64,000 nucleotides of DNA. Source: Octopus bimaculoides. Taxonomy: Eukaryota. A program made the translations under genes and the position numbers. Positions 1 through 14,904 of the stretch are shown here, in pieces. Position 1 is the stretch's first letter, and each line of letters begins with the position of its first letter. Where the stretch lies: the NCBI RefSeq assembly GCF_001194135.2, contig NC_068991.1, forward strand, positions 44,493,576 through 44,557,575, read 5' to 3'. The notes below the pieces were generated by a model. The model had not been told where the DNA came from. It ran no database searches and worked only from the letters and a program-made list of their open reading frames with translations.

Positions 1-1617
1 ATGTTTGGTAGAGCAGACTGAAAATTAATTCACTTTTTTTTTGCATTTGGAATTTTCTTTCTTTTTTTTTTTGTAATTTTTGCATTTTGTTGTTTTAGCT
101 TTTATAATTTTTAAAATTTTTCATTTAATTAATTTTTTTGAGACTATTCTTCAATAGAGATTTTTTTGTCCCATCTTTTTATTTTTCTCTTCCCAAGAAC
201 TACTATATTTTTTAAAATCTCCATATACCCTTTTTAATTTCTAGAAAAATCTTAAAACACATGTTTAAGAGAATGAATGTATGGTGTGTGTGTTAGGATG
301 GCTGGTGGTGGGGACAGATTTTGCTTGTTTGTTTGCTTTTGATTTCTTTTTCTATATTTTGTTATGTAATTTTGTTTGTTTGGCAGAGAAGAGTAATATA
401 TTAAATAACTTAACTGTATCTTGAGAAAGAGTTTTTGTTGACACTCATTACAAGAACAATTCAAGTTTTTATTAGTAAAAGAAAATGGAGTAAATAAAAG
501 GTATATATATATATATTATATATATATATTAATCTTTTGCTGAAAATGTACAGGTAGTCATAAGCTGTAGTAATGCATGCATTTCTCAGTATGTTTTTTT
601 GAAAAAAGACAGATAGAGATAGATAGAGAGAGAGACAGATAGATAGATAGATTGAGAGAGAGAGAGAAAGAAGGAGAGAGAGAGAGAGGGAGAGAGAGAG
701 TTTTGTGCTGTCCCAAGCATAATGGTAGGAATAATAGTGCAGATAAACATTTAATATAACCGTTTCTACATTATTTATAGAATTCCACTCCAGTCAGTTT
801 GGGCAATTGATATAAATGGCTAACTATGAAAAGAGAGTCAGTGTTAAAAAAATACAGACCGTATTCTTGGATGGTTTTATTTTTCTTAATTGTCTTTATA
901 GTTTATTCCCACTTTTTTTTTCTCTTTGGCCATTAGCTTCCCTTTTTGTTATTTTGCTTTTTTAAAAATTTTGACGAATCAGTCGGTAGGTTGGATAAAT
1001 ACTGGCAGATTGAAAAAAAATGTTATCTAGCTAAAAACATGTCCTTGACATGTGATAAATTTGAACTCACCATTTTATTAAAAAGGGAATCTTGCATTGA
1101 CCAAAATAAAGAAAAAAATACCAAAGTGAAAATTTTCAGTGAAAAATGTTCATCAGGCATTCAGTTGTCTGAAAGGGTCCATTTGTATTTCATGAGATTT
1201 TTTTTCTTACGAAATCTTCTCCTTTGATTACAGGAAAAGAAGAAAAAAAAAATTACAAAAAAATAAAAACGGTACAATATTTTTTCAAATACTTCTCTTT
1301 TTTTCATGAGATTAGCTAAGAATATATATATATATACCAAACTTTCAACATCGTTTCGAACCTTAGCAAATGCAAAGTATATTTCTTTCCCTTATTTTTA
1401 TGTAGATATATAAACATAAGCTCTCACACATTGATCAAACTGAGCGATAACCTCAATAACATAATATATAGCAACTGGCTAACAAAACTATCACGGGCCA
1501 TATGCTATAATCATGTTTGTAGTTTAGAGTGTTTTGTTTGTTTGTATATGAACAAGTAGTCAAATTTCAACTTTTAGCTAGACATTAGTGAGCAATCAAG
1601 TGAACTTGAATAAGAGA

Positions 1618-1630
1618 GGGAGAGAGAGAA

Positions 1631-1690
<60 letters not shown>
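1618..1690. repeat. (GA)n microsatellite
   Basis: Directly visible. Confidence 0.98.
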
Positions 1691-1691
<1 letters not shown>

Positions 1692-4659
1692 AACAACAAC
1701 CATTCATTCAGAACAAATGCAATTCATATATATATATACATTATATTCACCAGACATTATTGCATTAAAGCTGAAAAAGATGAAGAAATTTTTTGGGAAA
1801 AAACACTCCCACCCCAAAAAATCGCCTTTTTAATTTTTAAAAAGAATATAAATGAGAAAAATATTTGTACAAAGAATATTAAAAAACAAATCAACAAAAA
1901 CACATGTTATAACAATTGATATAATGTTATTTTTGATTTATAGTTGGTACTTAGTAGTAGTTATAATGTGTTGGTTCTAAATATTTAGTAGTGCCAGTCT
2001 GCATGTTAGTAAAAGCCACAAGACAAAACCCTCAAAAGAATTCCTGAGTTATCTAAAGAATTTCATTAGGATTTGTATTTTCAAGCTCACATCATTTTAA
2101 GGAGACTAAAATCTGAAGAAAGATTCAAGTTTTACCCAATTTAAAATTATTCCAGTTGACCGTTTATGACCATGCTGGCCTATATGAATTTCTTTCTGGC
2201 CAATTGAAAAGAGGGCAACTAACTTCTTTGAAGAAGAGTTGAAGAGTTTGATACAAAAATGATATCCTTATCTTCCCCTTTGTAAAATCCATAATACAAC
2301 CTTAAATATAATATTAGTACTTATGACAAAATTTGAACAACTTTTAGGCTATTTTTTTAAATAGTAAAGTGTAAACATAAAAAGTTACAAGGGTAAAAGT
2401 TATTTTCTTTTCTTCGGCTCTTGGCATCAGAATTCTTTCCAAAGGGAAATATGTTATTCTTTTATGTTAACTTCCTCAAAGGAAGTTCAGTTTACAGTAA
2501 AAAAGAGAAAAAAAAAGAAAAGAAAAACTTAAATGTGAGACAAGATCAAGAAAGAAAGAAGATTCTGTTAAGACTCATTTGTACTTTCAAAGTAATAACT
2601 TACAGTGAGGTACAACTGGTTAATTAAGTGTACTAGGAAATTTTGCTGAGAAACCTAAACCCACTGTTCTTGTCTTCTTGGCTTTTACTTCATAGCAGTT
2701 GGCAGTGTAATAAAATGAAAGAAGAATATGATACTGTAGATTGAAAGCCATATATAGTATTTATATAATAAGATAAAGTTAAAACGAATATTTATAGTTT
2801 TTTGCTTGTTTGTTTTTTGTTTGTGTCAAATTGTTTAGAAAGTTACCAAAGTTTTAGAGTTCTGTTAGCTTAGGTTTTCTTCTAAACTCCAATGTCTTGA
2901 ATGGCAAGAACATAAATTTAACCAGCTGACCATTCTATTTATATGTGCGTTCATTAGCTTCTTCATTCAAATGGTCATATACATCAGCTGCTTCAGTGGT
3001 GGTTTTCAAAAAAAACATTGGACTCATATTTCTACTGCTGTCATATCTGATTTAGATTGAATGGCACCAAGATTTTCATAGAATAAAGGTAGGTATTAGG
3101 TGGATAAAAAGGAAATCTAAAGCAAATTAGGACAAAACCATTTTAGTAATCCAGAAATAAAACTTTCTATCCATACACTTTTGAGTATTACATTGCATAA
3201 CTGATATATCTTACAAACTTACTTAAAGTAAAAAGACTTCAGATAATTTGAAAAGAAATCAACAGCATATTAAAAAAAAATTGAACGAAGTCTATATAAT
3301 ATTTTAAAAGAATATGTCTTTTTCTGTACAGATACAGAACATCAAATAAAATATTCTGGAACTGCACAGAATTCAAGGGTCACATTATCTGTCACATGGG
3401 CTAAAATATTAAAAAAGTGTTGTTAAACAGTTTTTTATTAGTAATAAATATGCATTAAATGCAGCAAAAGGTATGGCTAAACAAGCAATAGCATAAGCTA
3501 GAGATTTCTAAGCAAAGATTTTGCTGACATCATTTAGTTAATGTTGATCTTGAGTAGAGTTGTTCTTTTGCAACTAATTTATATTAAATTTACTTTATTA
3601 TTGAAATAGATAATAATCTAAAAGGTTCAAGTTTATCTACACAATATATATATATATATATATATATANNNNNNNNNNNNNNNNNNNNNNNNNNNNNNNN
3701 NNNNNNNNNNNNNNNNNNNNNNNNNNNNNNNNNNNNNNNNNNNNNNNNNNNNNNNNNNNNNNNNNNNNNNNNNNNNNNNNNNNNNNNNNNNNNNNNNNNN
3801 NNNNNNNNNNNNNNNNNNNNNNNNNNNNNNNNNNNNNNNNNNNNNNNNNNTATACACACACACACATACATACACTATATTTTATTCTTAAATATCTAAT
3901 AACAGTTCATAGTTAAATTTGAATAAATGCTTCTTTTTTTTAAACTGTATAAATAAGTTGTCTTCTAGCACTGTTATTTTGAATTCAGATTTGCAGTTCT
4001 TTATGCAAAAGTATTTGGTAAACGATACATTTAGACACTTTTAGATTGAGTAATGAATAATATCATAGGGATATCTATTTTCCAATAAGTATTTTCCTAA
4101 CTTTAAGACAAAATACCTGCATTCATCATCAATTATACGTCAGGTACTGACAATATATACTACTTAAATATATATGAATTTATGTTAGTGTATGTATTGT
4201 ATATATATATATGTATGCATATATATATATATGTATATATTTTATACACACACACACATGCACACATCCATATAAACACAAATTTGTATTATCTATACAT
4301 GTGTTTTATTGACTATGCAATTTCAGAAATATATTTCTTTTACACACATCATACTAAGTAGATGTTACAAGTGCTTGCTCCTCCATTCTCTTGAAAATAT
4401 ACTGTGATCAGTCCTTTACTATTTTATGCCCTTTCATCATTAAATTTTTTTACTAAATACATTACAATTGATACATTCAAAACATGAGATATCAATTTTA
4501 TTTTGGTATGAAACCAATACTTATTTTATTGACAGTATAGACAGAATGTACAGTTCATCTTAGGAGATGAGCTAAGGTATATTAGCTATCAAGCCACATT
4601 CTGTGAAAATTCTAGCCTGATTTTCTATTGTTTGCATCAACAATAATACTAATAAAAAT

Positions 4660-4830
4660 GGTTTTGTAACTTAGACACAAAACCAGACATGTTTTTGGAA
4701 AGTGTACTCAATTAGATTGATCCCAAAACTTGACTGGCTTAACTTTATTCACCCTGGAATAACAAACTTTAAAGTTGAGATTTAAGCTTAGAACATGAAC
4801 TAAACACCGCATGACATTTTGTTCATCAGC
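4660..4830 (-). mobile_element. Degenerate SINE remnant, similar to the 12850..13040 copy
   Basis: Shares blocks such as ttgatccca..acttgactgg..actttatt and tttaagcttagaacatga with 12900..12998. Confidence 0.35.
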
Positions 4831-5274
4831 CTAGCAATAGTAAGTTATATTATCATCTAATTATCTAGTATAATAAATAAACACATTAGTCCATAATAAA
4901 CAAAATTTACTTGTTATTTTAGAAGTCATTTGATAAATATGTTCCACTCACACACACATATATATATTATTCATTTATAATAAAACATGTTATAATTTGG
5001 TTTGTATAAAGAACTGCAAAAGTATGTTGAAAATTCTACTGAAGAAAGAAACAGGTGCCATGTTATCAGATATGTCTCAGATAGGCAAGAATACGCATAT
5101 CATCTTAAGCAATGTTTTGTTTTTATTTAGAGTAGACGAATCCTATCTGGCTATTTCAGAATGTATACTTTACATATTATGGGACATACTTTATTGCAGC
5201 GTTATTCTAAAATATAACACTGGTTAGAAATAAACAAAGAACTTAAATAATGGTAGAAAACAAAGTGTTTGAAA

Positions 5275-5313
5275 TATCATTATTATTATCATCATCATTA
5301 CTATTATTATTGC

Positions 5314-5380
<67 letters not shown>
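5275..5380. repeat. (ATT)n microsatellite
   Basis: Directly visible. Confidence 0.98.
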
Positions 5381-7364
5381 ACTGTTATGATTTACTGTAA
5401 TATATATCCAAAAGAATTAATAATATTCAGTCATGTCATTTCATATTTCACATTATTTGCAGTATATATGGATAAAAGATTATTACAAAATATAATAATC
5501 TATCTNNNNNNNNNNNNNNNNNNNNNNNNNNNNNNNNNNNNNNNNNNNNNNNNNNNNNNNNNNNNNNNNNNNNNNNNNNNNNNNNNNNNNNNNNNNNNNN
5601 NNNNNNNNNNNNNNNNNNNNNNNNNNNNNNNNNNNNNNNNNNNNNNNNNNNNNNNNNNNNNNNNNNNNNNNNNNNNNNNNNNNNNNNNNNNNNNNNNNNN
5701 NNNNNNNNNNNNNNNNNNNNNNNNNNNNNNNNNNNNNNNNNNNNNNNNNNNNNNNNNNNNNNNNNNNNNNNNNNNNNNNNNNNNNNNNNNNNNNNNNNNN
5801 NNNNNNNNNNNNNNNNNNNNNNNNNNNNNNNNNNNNNNNNNNNNNNNNNNNNNNNNNNNNNNNNNNNNNNNNNNNNNNNNNNNNNNNNNNNNNNNNNNNN
5901 NNNNNNNNNNNNNNNNNNNNNNNNNNNNNNNNNNNNNNNNNNNNNNNNNNNNNNNNNNNNNNNNNNNNNNNNNNNNNNNNNNNNNNNNNNNNNNNNNNNN
6001 NNNNNNNNNNNNNNNNNNNNNNNNNNNNNNNNNNNNNNNNNNNNNNNNNNNNNNNNNNNNNNNNNNNNNNNNNNNNNNNNNNNNNNNNNNNNNNNNNNNN
6101 NNNNNNNNNNNNNNNNNNNNNNNNNNNNNNNNNNNNNNNNNNNNNNNNNNNNNNNNNNNNNNNNNNNNNNNNNNNNNNNATATATATATATATATATATA
6201 TACATACATATATACACATACATATATATGCATAATTGTATGGTTATGTATAGACATAAAATCACAAATTTGCACTTTTATATATCTTTACACATATATG
6301 CATTTATATACACAGATATGTATGCTAAATACAGCAAGATATATCATATATATGTGTGTGTATAGATATACATGTATATATGCATATACATGCATATATA
6401 TACACATACACTTATGCATGTGTGTGTATGCAGGTATGTGTGCATGTATATATACACATACAAATGTATAATACATTTACAATTTGTAATATTCAAATGA
6501 GCAGATATCATACATTGGTACCATAAGACACAGAGTGAATCCTAAAGTCTTAGTACTCCAGACAAAATCATATCTAATATGGTAATAATCTCTGAAGCAG
6601 CTCTAATTGTTCATTTATCAAATTCTAAATATAGTGTTATCCAAGCTATTCAATTACTTATGACTTGACAAGTAAATTTAAGTATTTGTATAATCAATGG
6701 CCTTAGTTATCTTAGGCAATCAAATGTCTAATTAGAAAAAAATTATATGAGACCAGTATAAGCACCAATCTGAGGCAGAAAGGAGCAACAGGTTCATTAA
6801 TGGGAATCAATCCATATTTCTTAAACTTGAAATTTTACAACAGAATGCCTGCCAATCCATTTCCTCAAATAAGACACCAAAACTTTCATGCTAATTCATT
6901 TCAACAAGCTAACTTGTCAGCAATGAAATGCTAACAGGACAGACTAACATTTGTGGCCAATTCCCAACAAGAAATAGTAATAACTGTATATTGTATGATA
7001 GTAAAACTAGATAAAGATTTATTTAACTCCTAATAGTAGTAATTTTGTAGTTTGAATTTACAATAATTTACTTCAGGTTAATTGTTGTAGCCTATTAATC
7101 TAAGTAGATTCAGAGAAAAAGTATTTAGTTTAAAAGAGTTAGTCCATGTTAGTTGATTTAAGTTAAGCAGCAAGAATCTTTAGAGATAGTTATTTAATGA
7201 AATACACTTACTTTTTGTTTGTCAAGGAGGACGTGTGTGTACTTTATTACTTTATTTTATGTTGATTAATTTATTTTTGATGAATTTTTTTACAATTATT
7301 TGGAATATGGAAAATATGTTTCAGATATAAAAAAAAAGAGAGAGAGAGATATGAGAGGTGGACA

Positions 7365-7467
<103 letters not shown>

Positions 7468-7939
7468 AATAACTCAAACTGTTAAAATAGATAATAATTT
7501 TCTTTTGAGAGGAATATTTTCATTAGACTAGCTGCTCCACTAAAATTTTCTACCTAAGACTTGGGTCAACATTGATGATATCAGTTGTATGTTTCCATAC
7601 ATTCATTTTTTTGCAAAGGAAAGATTAAATTTGTACCAATGACAATAGATATGTTAAATTACATATTACATGAAAAGTGAAGGAAGGAGTATTCTGAAAT
7701 GAAATGATACTTTCTGATTACCTGAGCAGATGATAGAAGTTAGTGGTGGTGGTGTTTGTGGATTGTGGTGGAGAAAGATTAATAGAGAAAAATGCATAGC
7801 TTTTATACAGCAGGTTGGTGAGCTGCACTTTTGAATCTGAATTCAACAAGTGACAGTTGATTTATGAATGTGAAGCTAAAACTAACTGTTTAAGTGTTCT
7901 CACAAACTTTCAAGATTATTGAACATTAAAATATGCAAT

Positions 7940-8340
7940 CATTTAAACTGCAAGATACCTGTGTATGTGCATGCATGTGTATGTGTAAGTCTATAGGTGG
8001 ATGGTGGAAGTATGTATGAGAAGCTGTGGGTATGTGTGCATGAGCATGTACAGACACATACACAAACTTTCATCAACACATACATACAGACAAACATTAT
8101 ATGCAAACAAAAACACATATTCATATATACATATATATATGTATGCATGCTATGTGTGTGTGTGTGTATGAATATATATATATTATGTATATATATAATT
8201 GCGTGTTTGTACATATATATATATATATATATATATACATACAGACACACACATATATACACACATTTATGTATAACATAATATATATACATTTGTATCT
8301 ATCTATCTATATGTATATATACATGTATATATGAATATAC

Positions 8341-8384
<44 letters not shown>

Positions 8385-8624
8385 TTAATAATGATAAGAA
8401 GAACAGAGAACATTGTGGTTAGCCGGCATATGAAACCGATTGAAGATGAAATACGGTAACCACCAGGATTATATAGCCCTTTAAATGCATATATATATNN
8501 NNNNNNNNNNNNNNNNNNNNNNNNNNNNNNNNNNNNNNNNNNNNNNNNNNNNNNNNNNNNNNNNNNNNNNNNNNNNNNNNNNNNNNNNNNNNNNNNNNNN
8601 NNNNNNNNNNNNNNNNNNNNNNNN

Positions 8625-8677
<53 letters not shown>

Positions 8678-9225
8678 TTATAGATATACATTGTGTGCAC
8701 ACACGTGTACATATATATATATGTACGTATATGTATTTATATATAATTATATATATGTGTGTGTGTGTGTATACAGAGAGAAAGAAAGAGAGAGAGAGAG
8801 AGTTGTATTGTTGTATTTAAACCAACAACAATTTATGGCTAGCATAACTGGTAATATTCCTTGCAATAAACATTGCTCTATATTAATTATCTATCTTAAT
8901 TACATAATAATAGAATTAATCATGTTTATTTCATATGAAACAGGATTTAAAAGTAATTTAACTATGATCTATCTCTCAGTGAAATTTATGGTTTTCTACT
9001 TTATATTCTAAGAAAACATTGCCCTTGAGGATTATTTTAGCTGATGATGTATGTACTTGAAGCTTTTTCAACTGGAATTATGTGTATTATTGATAACATT
9101 ATTATATTAATGCATTTAAATATATGCGTATACATATAAATATAGTTATGTATATGTAGCCATGTATAAGTGTATTGATATATATGTAGCCTGTATAAAT
9201 ATTATTTATACATACATACATACAT

Positions 9226-9290
<65 letters not shown>

Positions 9291-10393
9291 NNNNNNNNNN
9301 NNNNNNNNNNNNNNNNNNNNNNNNNNNNNNNNNNNNNNNNNNNNNNNNNNNNNNNNNNNNNNNNNNNNNNNNNNNNNNNNNNNNNNNNNNNNNNNNNNNN
9401 NNNNNNNNNNNNNNNNNNNNNNNNNNNNNNNNNNNNNNNNNNNNNNNNNNNNNNNNNNNNNNNNNNNNNNNNNNNNNNNNNNNNNNNNNNNNNNNNNNNN
9501 NNNNNNNNNNNNNNNNNNNNNNNNNNNNNNNNNNNNNNNNNNNNNNNNNNNNNNNNNNNNNNNNNNNNNNNNNNNNNNNNNNNNNNNNNNNNNNNNNNNN
9601 NNNNNNNNNNNNNNNNNNNNNNNNNNNNNNNNNNNNNNNNNNNNNNNNNNNNNNNNNNNNNNNNNNNNNNNNNNNNNNNNNNNNNNNNNNNNNNNNNNNN
9701 NNNNNNNNNNNNNNNNNNNNNNNNNNNNNNNNNNNNNNNNNNNNNNNNNNNNNNNNNNNNNNNNNNNNNNNNNNNNNNNNNNNNNNNNNNNNNNNNNNNN
9801 NNNNNNNNNNNNNNNNNNNNNNNNNNNNNNNNNNNNNNNNNNNNNNNNNNNNNNNNNNNNNNNNNNNNNNNNNNNNNNNNNNNNNNNNNNNNNNNNNNNN
9901 NNNNNNNNNNNNNNNNNNNNNNNNNNNNNNNNNNNNNNNNNNNNNNNNNNNNNNNNNNNNNNNNNNNNNNNNNNNNNNNNNNNNNNNNNNNNNNNNATAT
10001 GTATATACATATACATATACATATTATATATATACATATATGTATGTGTATATATATACACACACACACACAAATGCATATGTATATACATATACATATA
10101 CATATTATATATATACATATATGTATGTGTATATATATACACACACACACACACATATGCATATGAACATATGTATACATATATATAATTTTTTAATAAT
10201 TTCAATAAAGTTTTTAATGAAATATATAACAAAAATTAAGAATATTAGCTATGTTTGTTGCAGATGGCTAAATCCAAATCTCCTTTCAGCAACTCTGTAT
10301 GTAAAATATTTCCTATATTTTCAGGGATATTCAGCAATACTTTTTTGTAAACCACCAGTGTTAGCAGTGATAGATAGATAGACAGAAAGTTAG

Positions 10394-10470
<77 letters not shown>

Positions 10471-11965
10471 GATAGACAGATAGATAGATAATGATATTAA
10501 TATTTAGTTAAATAGAGAAAGTTGGAAAAATGCTGCAATTACAATGTTTTTTAACGATTTGTCTTGAATACTTGTTCTGGGTATTTGTGTATGTTTATGA
10601 ACACACACGCACACACACACATCTGTAATATCTGTGCATATGTGTTTTTGTGTGTAGTTCAAGCAAAGAAAAGAAAACTAAAAACAGTCATTGTCAACAC
10701 AGCTGCCTTTGTCTAACCTTTTCCCAACATATATGAAGGTTATTTATTTCTTTGGCAGCAATATCAATAATAAAAATAACATTTAAAAACAATTAAAAAA
10801 ACAAAGAAGCAAACAAACAGTAATTAGGCACGCATAAACATACACCACTTATTGTTTTAAAATCATTTAAAAAATAACTAGCAGAAAGTTGATGAACAAT
10901 TAAATATGGAAAGATAATGAGAAAGGGAGGGATAGAGAAAACACATGTCAGGTATTAAATTGATTGCAAGTTTAAGTTTAAAAATAGGTAACTGTTTCCT
11001 AGAGATATCTTTTACTGCAAGTAGCATGCACTGTGATCATCATTGCTGTCATTATCAGTTTCATGTGGTGTTTGTACATTGCTGATATTAGTATGTAGCA
11101 GACATGTATACAATGGTTTACATAGTAAACCATTTAATTGTATTTTTTAATAATCTTTTATGTACAATTATTTAATGCAGGCATGAATTTTATTTAATAT
11201 AATCAAATACCTAAACATATACATGCACACAAGTATATGAATGCACACAGACACACACAAAATCATGTATTTATAGTGACACACACAAATTTGTAGGAAA
11301 AGACTTAGTATTTGTTTCATATAAACCCATGTATGTTTGTACATGAGAGTGTGTACCCAGACACACAAACACACACATACACACGCAAACACACAGAGAT
11401 ATTGATGCACATATTCGTGTATATGTACTGAGGCATACGCGTAGCTTTGAATAAATGCTGGGGTGCATAGGTTAATTTTCTTTTGCTCTCTTTCTCCCTC
11501 CACACACACTTTTTACACACATATAATTATACAAATACAATTATATATGTGTGTGTGTATATATATATCATTATATATATATAAATGCATATATACACAT
11601 AGATATACATAATTGTACATATATAATATAAGTATATATATGTATGTATATATGTAGACACATACTTATTCATACACACATACATATATATACATATAGT
11701 ACATGTGTGTTGTGGTTAATGTGCATAAACATTAAATTACTCAATACAATATATGGAAAAATGTGTAGAATTTGTTAAATCTGCTTATGTAGATAACAGG
11801 ATTCAAATTCTAACCCCCCACACACACATATATGCAAAGGCACACACACATGTATGCATACATCTACATTCATATAAGCATATAAGCAACATGTATATAT
11901 AATATATATGCATACATATCTATAGACACACACACATACACACAGATATATATATACTCATACAC

Positions 11966-12030
<65 letters not shown>

Positions 12031-12170
12031 AATATACACATACATATATATATGCTTATATGCAAATATATACACGTGTGTGTATATACATATATATGGA
12101 TGGATGTATGTACATCCTATATATATATATGATCACACTCATATGCATGCATATATACTTTTGAAATGTA
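7940..12170. repeat. Cluster of compound (TA)/(CA)/(TG) microsatellites, with (GATA)n at about 10368..10492
   Basis: Directly visible; source of most YI/CV/HT-rich ORFs. Confidence 0.9.
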
Positions 12171-12537
12171 TGTATCTATACACAAACATTAGTCCCAGAA
12201 GTGAATGAAGTGCTGTAGGTATTTCTTTTTTTAACATAAAGAAATATGCACAAGAAAACAAAACCACTGAAAAACACAGCAGTGTGTTTGTGTGCTGATA
12301 CAAAGATATAGTAGAATACTTAGTTATGTCATTTATCCTTCCTCTCTTAGATCTATATTTTGGAATTTGTGTGTGTAAAAGTAACATTGCCATCAGAACA
12401 ACAGCATCAATTAACTGCAGAACATCTTACAGGTTATTTCACTACTTTGGATAAACATCCAATAACATGTTTATTTCTTCTTTATGCTTATCTTTTTCTC
12501 TACATTCCAATGTATCTTATAATTGTCATAATTTTTA

Positions 12538-12557
12538 CATATAATAATAATAATAAC

Positions 12558-12613
<56 letters not shown>

Positions 12614-13062
12614 TTCCTATTATAGGTACAAGACCTCAATTTTTTTTTTTTTGAGGTGATATAAATTATATCAATCCTACAATTTGAATGGTACAAATTT
12701 GACATCACCCAACAGGGATGAATGGGAACATTGACTTTGGCAGGATTTGAGCTCAAAACCTAAAGAAACACAGCTAAATGCTGCTGGGCATTTTGTTTGA
12801 CCAATTCTACCTTCTACTGCAATAACAATAATAATAAAAAATTAAAAAATCTCTCTAATTTTTCACAATGCCAGCAATTTTGAGGGGAGGGGGCAAGTTG
12901 ATTACATTGACCCCAGTACTTGACTGGTACTTTATTTTATCGACCCCGTAAGGATGAAAGGCAAAGTTCACCTTGGTGGGATTTGAACTCAGAACATGAG
13001 TCAGAAGAGATGTCACTAAGCAGTATGTCCAATATGCTAACAACTATTGTTGTTGTTATTAC

Positions 13063-13129
<67 letters not shown>

Positions 13130-13266
13130 GTTATTATTATTATTATCATCTTCATCATCATTATCATCCTATTTTTGTAAAGTTAAATTGCAAGCAATCT
13201 TAATACTCTGTCAAGCTGTTGAAGTCACTGAAAGATTTTTTTTTTAATATATTGGACAATGGGAGT

Positions 13267-13336
<70 letters not shown>
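12538..13336. repeat. (AAT)n 12538..12612, (ATT)n about 13060..13175, (GT)n(GA)n about 13265..13336
   Basis: Directly visible. Confidence 0.95.
12650..13040 (-). mobile_element. Two adjacent tRNA-derived SINE remnants
   Basis: Two B-box-like heads on the minus strand (gagctcaaatcctgcc; gagttcaaatcccacc), each followed by a similar body. Confidence 0.55.
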
Positions 13337-14825
13337 TACTGTAATATAAAATATAGTAATTTTTTCTTCTCTTTCATCTATAGAATTAACTCACTTGTCT
13401 AATTAACCCATTTACAAACTCATACACTCTCAGTACATAAAGTTAAAACAATTTTAAAATTATATAAACAAAAAGAAATGGTCTGAACAGAAACGAACAT
13501 GTTAGTCTGAAACATAAAAGCAACAAACATGTTCATTCATTAGGAGTAAATAAATTATTTTGGAGAACTATTTAAAAAAAAAAGAGACAATTTGAAAGAA
13601 AAATATTAAAAAAGAAGAATGACGATTAGCAAAAAGTTTGCAATAGAATATTAATTGTTTGAAATACAAATGTAATCAGGTCACAAGTTTACAGATCTGC
13701 CAAGTAATTTTATTGACATTTATTTTATGACATGAAACTAAGATTTCAGAGAAAGTACTATTTCCTCATATCTGAATCTTTATAAATAAATATTTCACTG
13801 TATGTTAAGTTTTACCGTCTGTAACAATGTATGTGTGCGTGTGTGTGCTTGTAGCTTGATTAATGTTAGTATACAATAAGTTGCGCATGTATGACTCAGA
13901 AAGTACATAACTTATGAAAATGTATGCATAAATAAATATATTAGAATTTCTGGAATGATACTAAAAAGAATATGCTGAATTTAGATGAAAACATACTAGA
14001 AAATGAAAGATACCTTTATAGTTTGCAAGTAGAATGAAAATACTTATTAAAACCAAGTAAAACACAAAAATGGCTTATAAGATACTGTGTTGTAAAAGAA
14101 AATTAAAGCAAATAATAAATAAAATTAAATATTAAAACAATCTTGCTCAGATATAATATCTAGGCTAATTTCTCATCAAGATTTTAAAGAGAATTCTGAT
14201 ATCTTAAGCTGAGAACAAAAATAGTGTGTTTAGAATCTTTTTGATTATTTTCAATTTTGCAATTGAAAGTTGGACTTTGAAATAAAAAAAAAATCATACT
14301 TAAAACTCCATCTTTATTCTCTAAATGACTAAATCATTTAAGTCTTTCTATTAAAATAAACAATTTTCTTAATAAAGCCCTGTTACCTGTTATCTCCAAA
14401 GGATTAATCCTCATTGCAAATATTAATCCTTAATAAGAATTAAGAAATATTTCTTCTTTATCAGATATACTTTCTCCTAAAGTGTATTTATAGAATAATA
14501 TAAAAGTTTTTAATTATATACCATCTGTTTTGTGAAGCTATAAATAGACATCTTGACATTGACTGAATTTTAATAAATATAACTGACTTGTGACTATGAC
14601 AATAGTCAAGAAACAATATAATAGACATTAAAAAGAAAAAAGACACATGATATGATAAATGACAATAGCACTTCATAAATAATTATAATTTCAATCCTTA
14701 TACAAACTTACACTGAGATAAGTCAAATCCTGAATTTAGCAAGCTTAAATTAAGGGCTTGTAGAATACATAGTGAAACAGCTATTTAATAACTTTTTAAG
14801 CAGTATATATATATCTATATATATC

Positions 14826-14904
<79 letters not shown>

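Noticed and set aside
9997-10160. Apparent ~80-bp tandem duplication
   Set aside because: It is a compound microsatellite adjoining an N gap, so probably slippage or an assembly artefact.
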